A stretch of 62,129 bases of DNA, counting the filler. It is 11 parts of 11 records of this genome, joined end to end, with 100 filler letters (N's around TTAATTAATTAA, not from the genome) between each part and the next. Parts side by side here need not be neighbours in the genome. Positions count along the whole stretch, not along the records: positions 52,305 to 56,513 come from SRR7504441_4898; positions 56,614 to 62,129 come from SRR7504441_4900; 9 more parts are not named here. One strand, written 5' to 3'. The position numbers and the translations under genes were made by a program. Numbering within the stretch: the first letter of the stretch is position 1; every line of letters begins with the position of its first letter. Shown in pieces: positions 55,063-62,129 of this stretch. The notes under the pieces are model-generated. The model was given only the letters and a program-made list of their open reading frames with translations. It searched no databases and was not told where the DNA came from.

Positions 55063-56465
55063 ATGGGCGTGCCGGACCACGAGCAGTCGCAGGCCGAGGC
55101 CGGTCTGCTCGGGTCGGCGAGCGAGAAGGGCGAGAAGGGCCCGGCTGAGCCGCTGTCGGGCACCGGGGCGTTCCTGCTGCTGCTCAAAATAAACTGGGGC
55201 ATCGGTATGATGGCGATGCCGTTCTACATCTACAAGGCCGGGCTGTACCTTGGGGTGGGTTTCTTCGTGCTCACCATGTTGCTGACGGTGCTCAGCATCG
55301 CCAGGCTAATCGCAGTCCGAGAGGCGCTGCTCCCGGCCCTGGGCGACGCCGGCACTGACTCGTACACCGGGCTCATGCACTCGGCCCTCGGCCGAAAGGG
55401 CGAAGTGGCCGCGCTTTTCTCGATTCTTCTGGCTAATTGGGGCAGCTGCGTGGCGTATGTTAAATTCATCGGGGACAACCTGTCCAAATTCCTGCCCGAG
55501 GCCGGGGTACGGAGCTGGCTCTGGGTGCTGCTGGTCACCATCCCGCTGGCGGCAGCCGCGCTGCTCAACGACGTCAGCTGGCTGTCCCGGCTGTCCTCTC
55601 TGGGGATCCTGGCCGGCGAAGCTTTCGCAGTGACCTTGCTGGTGACTGCCGGCCAGGGGCACGGGTCGTTTGTCGAGTACCTGGAAGAGGCGCCGGCGGC
55701 CGATTGGCACGGGCTGCCTGTAGCGATGGGACTGGCCATCTTCTGCAACGAAGGGATGGTTATTCTGATTCCAACGGTACACAAGGTGCACCCTTTGCGC
55801 TGCGCAGCCGGCTGAGCAGCATGCAGGCAATGGGCGCTCCCCCTGCACGGGTCATGTTTAAGCCAGTGATCTGCATGGCGGTAGTGTTCACCCTGAACTA
55901 TCTGACTGTGGCGATAACGGGCGCATTTATATACTACAAGCAGCACCCGAAGGACGACATCTCACTAGACCTCTCACCGGACAAATCAATCGATCGCGTG
56001 GCCGTCTACTGCTACGTGGCGCAGCTGGTTGTATCGTATGTGGTAGTCTTCTTCACGGTGGTGGAGGCGACCAGGGCGTTGTCGATGCTCCAGCCTCTGC
56101 TGCGCCAGCCGTGGTGGAGCAAGTACCACTGTGGCTACTTGTCGCGGATAGCTTCAGTGGTGCTCGCATCGCTGATCGCAGTGGCCATTCCAAATTTTGG
56201 GGACTTTATCAGGTCAGTCCTTGGCGTGTGAATAGTTACATGTATGCAGCTGATTCTTGGCAGTTTTGCGGGAGCTGTTGCTAACACACTAGGGATCTAC
56301 ATTCTACCGCATGCAGCTTTTCTGGTTCTAGAACGGCAAGGCAAAATCAAATCCAGCACAATGTTAGAGCGGGCGTCCTCCATTTTTGTGATTGTATTTG
56401 GCATCGGCACGGGCTCAGTGGCTGCCGTCATCTCGTTCCTTCAACTCATTCAAAATAAAAGTTAG
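55063..56465 (+). CDS. Amino acid/auxin permease family transporter (SLC36/AVT3-like); 2 introns
   Basis: AFLLLLKINWGIGMMAMPF..AGL, YVKFIGDNL, MGLAIFCNEGMVILIP, LIAVAIPNFGDFI|SFAGAVANTLGIYILP; ~11 TM segments. Confidence 0.9.
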
Positions 56466-56513
56466 TTCGTGTTATACGGTGCTTGCAGACTGAGTTTTCA
56501 GAAAACTTGCAGG

Positions 56514-56613
56514 NNNNNNNNNNNNNNNNNNNNNNNNNNNNNNNNNNNNNNNNNNNNTTAATTAATTAANNNNNNNNNNNNNNNNNNNNNNNNNNNNNNN
56601 NNNNNNNNNNNNN
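56514..56613. other. Artificial contig-joining spacer
   Basis: N44-TTAATTAATTAA-N44. Confidence 0.99.
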
Positions 56614-57958
56614 ACTGACCAGCCCAGCAAGCTGCTCACCTGCTCGTCTTGAGCTTGAGCGTGACGCATTTGGCGGGAGGGAGCTGGCCGGCCACGAGGT
56701 CCTGGGCCAGTCGGGCAGCCAGCTCATCCACCATGCTCTCCATCTCGCCTCTGGAGCGCATCGGGCTGAAGGTCCGCTCACAGGATATCGACCTACCGCC
56801 AGCTCGGCCCCCGCCGGCTCGCGCGGCCACTTGCGCTGGGAGTCGCTCTCGTCCAGTGAAGACCTCTCCAGCGCTAGCCCTGTCCTGAGCAGGAACTCGA
56901 AGTTGATCCGGCTGAGTACCCTATCCCCCGTGAGCCGAGCGCGGCCAGCGGCGTGCCGGTGGAGCGAGCTGGCGTGCGTGAGGATGTCGGCGCAAGTGAG
57001 GACTTTGAAAGAGGCGAGCACATTCTCCATTACCTTCCCGATCCCGCCTACCTTCCGGACTGGCAGATCTCGAATAAACCGATTGAGCGCCTCCACCGTC
57101 CCGGGCACCACGCACTGGCCGTTGGGCTTGTTCCGGTCGGAGGCGATCTTGGCCACAAATCTCACTGGCGCTACTCCGCACGAGGCAGTGAGCCCCGTCT
57201 CCTCCTGAATCCGGACCCTCAGCCGCTCGGCTGTCTCGGCTGGGCTCAGTCCGGAGCTTGCCAGGTACTGGTTGAGCTCCTGCGGCCGGCTTGCCCCATT
57301 GGCCGGGCCGGTGCGCACCAGAGTGGCCTCGTCGAGCCCCCGCGAGTGGAACTGCGGATCAAACTGAGCGAGCACAAGCCGGACTTGGGCGGCCGCGGCG
57401 GTGTACTTGGAGAAGTCCGGCTTGACGAACTGCAGCTCTGGGCATAGCCTGCCCCGGCTGGCTGCCTGGCCGGGGGGGGGGGCACCGGAGGGCGATGAAC
57501 CCTGGCATTGCTGAGCGGACCCCGAACTGCCGGGCGGCGTAGGAGGCGGTGGAAACCATCCCCAGCCCGCCCACGGCAAACGCGGTGCCCTTGAGCGCCG
57601 GGTTGTCCCGCTCCTCGACGGCGGCGTAGAAGGCGTCCATGTCCAGGTGGAGCCAGACTTTGTCCAGTCTGCGCTCTTTCTCCAGCCCGCTGACCAGCTC
57701 GGCCACGGCCCTCCGGGAGGCCGGCTCCATCTCCCGGGTCTGCTCGAGCTGGCGGTGCATGGCCTCGATCCGGCGGGCGGTCTGCTCGGCCTTGCGGGTC
57801 TCGTTGGCGTAGAACCGAGAGTTCTTACTCATTTCGAACACCACCTTGGCCACCTTGGCCCGGTCCACCCCCGCCATCCCAGCCTTGGCCGCAAGGAAGG
57901 TGCCGCCCGCGATCAGCCCGGCCTGCACTTCCGCCGCTTCCTCCTCCGCCCGGGCCAT
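56614..57958 (-). CDS. POLK: DNA polymerase kappa (Y family, DinB-like), 3' truncated; at least 4 introns
   Basis: N-clasp [123 protein letters not shown]. Confidence 0.96.
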
Positions 57959-58076
57959 CCTCGCCCGCTCCCGGACACCGGAGGACACTGGGACACCGGA
58001 GGACCCTGATGAAGGCCACAGCTCAAAGTCGATGAGACTCTGTCTGTCTGTTCATTCTTTCTGTTTTTGGGCCAGG

Positions 58077-61000
58077 ATGCGCGTCGAGGCAGCGCTCGGG
58101 CTGGGGCCGGGCGGGCAGCTCTCGGCGGCCCCACTGGGCTCGACGGTGGCGTTTGGGTCGGGCCTGGGCGCCGTGGTGCTCTGGGACTGGAGAGCCGACC
58201 GCCGGACCGAGCTGCCCGCCCCGCCAGCCACCGCGTTGTGCTTCTCGCCTGACGGCGAGGCCCTGGCGGTGGCCGGAGCCGACGGGCGGCTGCGGGTGTG
58301 GCGGGTGGGCCCCGCGGCCGAGCTTGTGTCAGAGGTGGCGCCGGTTGGGCTCGGGCAGGTCCGGCGGCTCGGGTGGTCCCCGGACGGCTCCGGGCTGCTC
58401 GGACTGGCCGCCGGCCGGGCCGGTCGGTGCGGCTGCCAGCAACTCAGGCTCAGTCCGGAGCGGGTGACCGGGCACCCCGGGCTGCACGGCCCCGCGCTCG
58501 GCTGCTTTGGGCTCCCCGACGCCCGGTGCGTGCCTCGTCCGGCCGGCCGCTCACCGCGGGCCAGGTGGGTGCTCGTCACGGCGGCCACTGCCTCCCTGTG
58601 GCTGGCAACGGACGGCACGCTCCAGCTGTTGGCGGTCCAGCGGTCCGATGATCGCACCGCGGACAATCCGTTTGTGGCCGCGGCGCTCGATGATTCTGCG
58701 CCTGGGGCCGAGCTTGTGTATGTAGTCCGGAGGCACGGTCAGCTGTGCGCGCTCTCGACGGAGGGGCTGATCGCTGAGCGGGGCGGGGGGGCGGCCCGGG
58801 CATCCGAGTGCACTGCGCTGGCAGTGGGGACAGAGGGGGTGTATGTGGGCACCAGCCAGGGGGCGGTTATAGTACTAGACAGGCAAAGCTTTGTTGTGGC
58901 ACGGAAGGTCGACCGGCCGCCTGAGCAGCTGTCCGACTCTCCTGGGCAGGTCCGTTACCAGTTTGGGGTGCGGATGCACTTGGACCCGACCTGGGGTGCG
59001 CTGCCCAAGCTCAGCGCTCCTGGGGCCGCTCTCAACTGCCTGGCCGTCGCACATGTGAATCCTGGCGAGGCTGAGTTAGTGCTGGCAAGTTACCAGGATA
59101 ACTCTATACAGCTGCTGGACATCCAGGCGACCGGCCGCTGGGTGACTCGGACTGATCTGAGCTGCAGGGGAGGAAGGTCCAACGGTTTTGGTTGGGGCAC
59201 TTTGGGCGGATCAGTGCGCTGGCTCCGATGGCAGGTGATGCGAGCGTGCACTGGGTCGGATGGCTGGCCAGGCGGGCTGGTGACTGCTGGCGAGGACCAG
59301 ACGGTGGGAATATGGGTGCAGCATAGTCCTGTGGGCGCGACGCAGCTCGATCTGCGGCTGGAGCGGCTGGTGGACTTGCCTGCGCTGCATGACCGATCGC
59401 TTCGGTGACTGGATCTTGCCCGGCTGACCTGAGGCTGCTCGGCAGGTACGTGGACCATTTGTCAAACCCACAGGCAGATAGTCCAGGCCAGTGCATCGGC
59501 CGGTGCATTGCCTGTTCCACCAGTTGCTTGGTGATTGGAACAAACCACGGGATGCTGGTTCGAATGGCGTTAAACCCAGACAAAACCCTTCCACTGCACC
59601 AGAGGCTCGGGCCCGCGGAGCTGCAAATGGGACCGGGCTGTGCTGGACTGGAGGCGATCCGTTGGTCGGATGACGGCCGTCTGCTGGCCTATGCGGCGGC
59701 CAGTGGGGAGGTAGGGGTGTTACAGGATCTCGACGGCACCATAAGGTGACTCAATGGCGATCCCGAGCTGAGAGGCTGCAGGCCTGGCGTGGTGCTCACT
59801 GAGTCAGGCAAAGCACCATCCGGACATGGTATGAATGGTGCATGGCCGTAACCTAAGCGGTGGCAGGTCTGCCGGCGTTATTTACAACTCTAGAACACCA
59901 GGAAGCCGGATACTGTGTGATCTCAGCGGACATGCAGAGCTCTCTCATAGTGCATCAAATCAAGTGGCTTAGCTGTAACCCACCAGCTGAGCCGTCGGCA
60001 GGCGAGTTGCAGCCGACAGGCTGGAGGCACGCACATTGCATAGACTGGTCTTTGCCTCAGCTGTCACTTCGTTTGCCCTGCATCCTTCTCACAGGTGCGG
60101 CTCTAGAAGCGCATGTGCAGGCTCAGCACCAACGCTCAGGTACGTCCTGGCGGCACTGCTTCATGGTCGGCTCCAGTGTGTTGAAATCCTCTCTGGTGAG
60201 CGGCCTCTGCTGCCTGGTCTCATTGTGCATAGGCGAGAGTCGAGGCGACCATGGTTCCTGGCTCAGCGGAGCGCAGTGCAGCCCGAGTGTGCTGCTGGCA
60301 GTCGATCCTACTGGGCTCTACTTCGCAGTGGCATGCCAGGACAGCGCCCAACCGATGCTGGCCATCTTGCAGGCATTCGGCCCCGCTGGCTTCCTGTCAT
60401 GCTCTGCGCAGGCTGGATCTGGCAGGGTAGCGGCTCGTGTACCTGTGGCTGCCCCTCTTTCGTCCTTGAGCTGGAATGAGGATGCGCTGGTAGCCGGCAC
60501 GCGCGAGGGTGGAGTGGTCAGCTGGAGAGTGGGTCCCGAAATGCAGCGCGACATCGATCAGCTGAGAGGGAAGGCCGGGAATGGTCTCGCCCAACTGGAG
60601 CATGGGCTGAGCAGACTGGCAGGACAAATTCGCAGCTTCTGGAAAGACTACCCCATAGACTGGCGAGATTATAACCCGACCGGCGCCCCGGCCACAGTGA
60701 GGATGGACGAACAAATGAGCCAGGACTCGCTAGAAGTTGCACCTGCTGCTTGCTCGCTTGTTGCGTGCAGTGCCTCAGACAGTGAGGCCGAGGACTTTGA
60801 GAGCTCAGCAGCGGTCTGCCTTGAGATGGTCTGTACTGAGGGAAGGTCAGGTTATGGAGGAGATTGCAGCGTTTGAGCAGATGATGATTGCTAGACAGGC
60901 AGTTTCGACCGAGCAGGAAGCGGATGCCTCCCGTGAGCCTGATTCGAAGGCTAAAGAGGCTAAAGCGGCAGAACCAAGCCAGAGCGACCAGCTGCAATTG

Positions 61001-61238
61001 TTGAAGCATCGGATGGACGAGCTTCTCAGTGGGTGTGAGTGGTAGGCCAAGGGCTGAGTGCCGGGCAGGTGAGCAAGCAAAGCTTGCCCCGCAAATGGCA
61101 AAGGTCGACGCCACAAGTAAACCCGGGTTGGACGGAAAGAAGCGATTGTGCGATGTGGTGCCACGGCCTTATAGTTCATGGGGAAGCGCGCCCGCAAAAG
61201 CGAATACGAGCACTAGTGCAATTGGTCAATCATTGTGA
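58077..61238 (+). CDS. MAPKBP1/WDR62-like WD40-repeat protein, many introns (model approximate)
   Basis: MRVEAALGL..TVAFGSG..VVLWD..TALCFSPDGEALAVAG..LRVW; LASYQDNSIQLLD; LVTAGEDQTVGIW; IRWSDDGRLLA; LAVDPTGLYFAVACQD are colinear with recalled MAPKBP1 motifs (LEKVLG, TALAFSPDGKYL, VYNDHS, DPSGIYIATSCSD). Confidence 0.7.
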
Positions 61239-61288
61239 TACAGATTACTGATTAAAAATGGAAACGGCCTGCTAAGCGGCTTTTTAAC

Positions 61289-62129
61289 TCACTCTAATTT
61301 TAAAGGTGGCAGTGCTACCGACGAAGCCCACGAGATCTGGCTTTCTCCACGCCATCTTGGCGTCTCTATCGTCTCGACGGATCGTGGTGTGATCGGCTCG
61401 TGGTCGCTCGCAAATCGCTCACCGCTTCGGCTAAGCAGCTTTGCTCGAGCCTCACTCAGCCAATTGGAGCAATACCCAGATTTAAACCCCGGCCCGAGTA
61501 GCCCAGCCAGCGCCGCCAGCGCCTTGGGCACAGCGGCGTCCGGCCTCCGTCCGACCAACATGGCCAGCTCAACCTGCCGCCGCGCTGACCCCCCGATTGT
61601 GTCCAAGTGGGTCTGGCACGCCTGGACTGGCCCTATCCTTTGCTCAATCAGGTCCAGCACCGCGTAAAGCTCGGCGGCCAATCGGTCCTCCTCGCTTTCA
61701 AAGCACAAACTGAGCTGGACCGGCCGGTATTTGTGCCCCGACTGGCGCGAGTGCATCCAGGATTCAATCTCTGCCGCCACTGTCACCATGAACCCTATGA
61801 TCCCAAGGGCCAGCACGCACACCCACAGCGCCTCGGGGTCAAAGCTCGCGGCCGTCACGCCCAGCGCGGCCGTGCACCAGATTGCGGCAGCTTCGCACAG
61901 CCCGGAGCCGGAGCCGGAGTCGCGGAGGATGGCGCCCGCCCCGAGAAACCCGACCCCGCGGACCACTGAGGCGGTTATCCGCTCCATGTTGATCACGGCC
62001 AACTGCCACCGCGAGGTGGAGTACGGCACCTGAACAGCGAGCACCCCTTGTGTGGCCGACAGGGTGTAGATGCACGCCGCCACAGCCACAAGCACGTGGG
62101 TGGTCAATCCGTCGTTCGCTGGCTGGCTG
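61289..62129 (-). CDS. MgtC/SapB family membrane protein with ACT-like C-terminal region, 5' truncated
   Basis: GLTTHVLVAVAACIYTLS, ERITASVVRGVGFLGAGAILR, GL..AAAIWCTAALG match the MgtC signature (GLRTH.LV, RIAAQVVSGIGFLGAG.I, GLTTAA.IW..AA.G). Confidence 0.85.
   Translation of the reverse strand, partial: SQPANDGLTTHVLVAVAACIYTLSATQGVLAVQVPYSTSRWQLAVINMERITASVVRGVGFLGAGAILRDSGSGSGLCEAAAIWCTAALGVTAASFDPEALWVCVLALGIIGFMVTVAAEIESWMHSRQSGHKYRPVQLSLCFESEEDRLAAELYAVLDLIEQRIGPVQACQTHLDTIGGSARRQVELAMLVGRRPDAAVPKALAALAGLLGPGFKSGYCSNWLSEARAKLLSRSGERFASDHEPITPRSVETIETPRWRGESQISWASSVALPPLKLE

Noticed and set aside
4318-56613. Ten regularly recurring TTAATTAATTAA units flanked by Ns, resembling a repeat array or piggyBac TTAA sites
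   Set aside because: Constant 100-bp length, N padding and six-frame stops mark a concatenation linker; gene neighbourhoods across them are not biological.
3319-57958. Frame breaks in conserved genes read as pseudogenes, programmed frameshifts or a non-standard genetic code
   Set aside because: Each break examined is resolved by a short GT-AG or GC-AG intron; TAA, TAG and TGA are all used as true stops and no in-frame recoding was needed.
56614-57958. DinB-like polymerase as a bacterial or mobile-element gene
   Set aside because: It has the eukaryotic Pol kappa N-clasp and spliceosomal introns; ordinary nuclear gene.
2282-62075. Many long antisense or alternate-frame ORFs (e.g. 2900-3946, 31777-32862, 33901-35046, 50104-51291, 39733-40662) suggesting overlapping genes
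   Set aside because: Expected shadows of GC-rich coding sequence; Arg/Pro/Ala/Gly-rich with no motifs. Real parts of them are exons of the spliced genes listed.

Overview
This is not one locus. It is 11 unrelated contigs (about 3.7-9.8 kb each) joined by ten artificial 100-bp spacers (N44-TTAATTAATTAA-N44, stops in all six frames), so adjacency across spacers means nothing. The DNA is from a gene-dense, GC-rich eukaryotic nuclear genome, probably a flagellated protist (BBS2, an NWE-motif axonemal protein, COMMD2, PPP1R21, no plastid-specific genes seen; lineage cannot be named from sequence alone). It uses the standard code. Genes are interrupted by very short spliceosomal introns (mostly 35-55 nt), so the ORF track fragments most of them; I rebuilt about 37 gene models by hand. 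Recognisable products include NADH-glutamate synthase, importin-11, BBS2, organellar-type ProRS, NOM1, DNA polymerase kappa, eIF4E, PI synthase, DAG kinase, a PDK-family kinase, a papain-family protease, a class-3 lipase, dienelactone hydrolase, a UreH/NiCoT-like transporter, an amino-acid permease and an MgtC-family protein. The most interesting signals are: (1) tiny introns with G-rich 3' ends, no polypyrimidine tract, recurrent 5'-end/3'-end base-pairing and frequent forced GC-AG donors; (2) head-to-head gene pairs with start codons only about 46-190 bp apart, plus a 5'-to-3' CpG/GC decay along genes; (3) a chromatin protein combining HTH, C2H2, PHD/Zn-knuckle, Tudor, LysM-like, SAND and BRCT modules; (4) a granulin domain fused to a bacterial-like glycoside-hydrolase-type protein; (5) a BBS2 missing about 115-120 internal residues; (6) bacterial-like genes (PhyH-LamG-HEAT beside a dienelactone hydrolase, MgtC). 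No rRNA, tRNA, CRISPR or transposon could be supported. All family assignments are motif recognition from memory, not database results.
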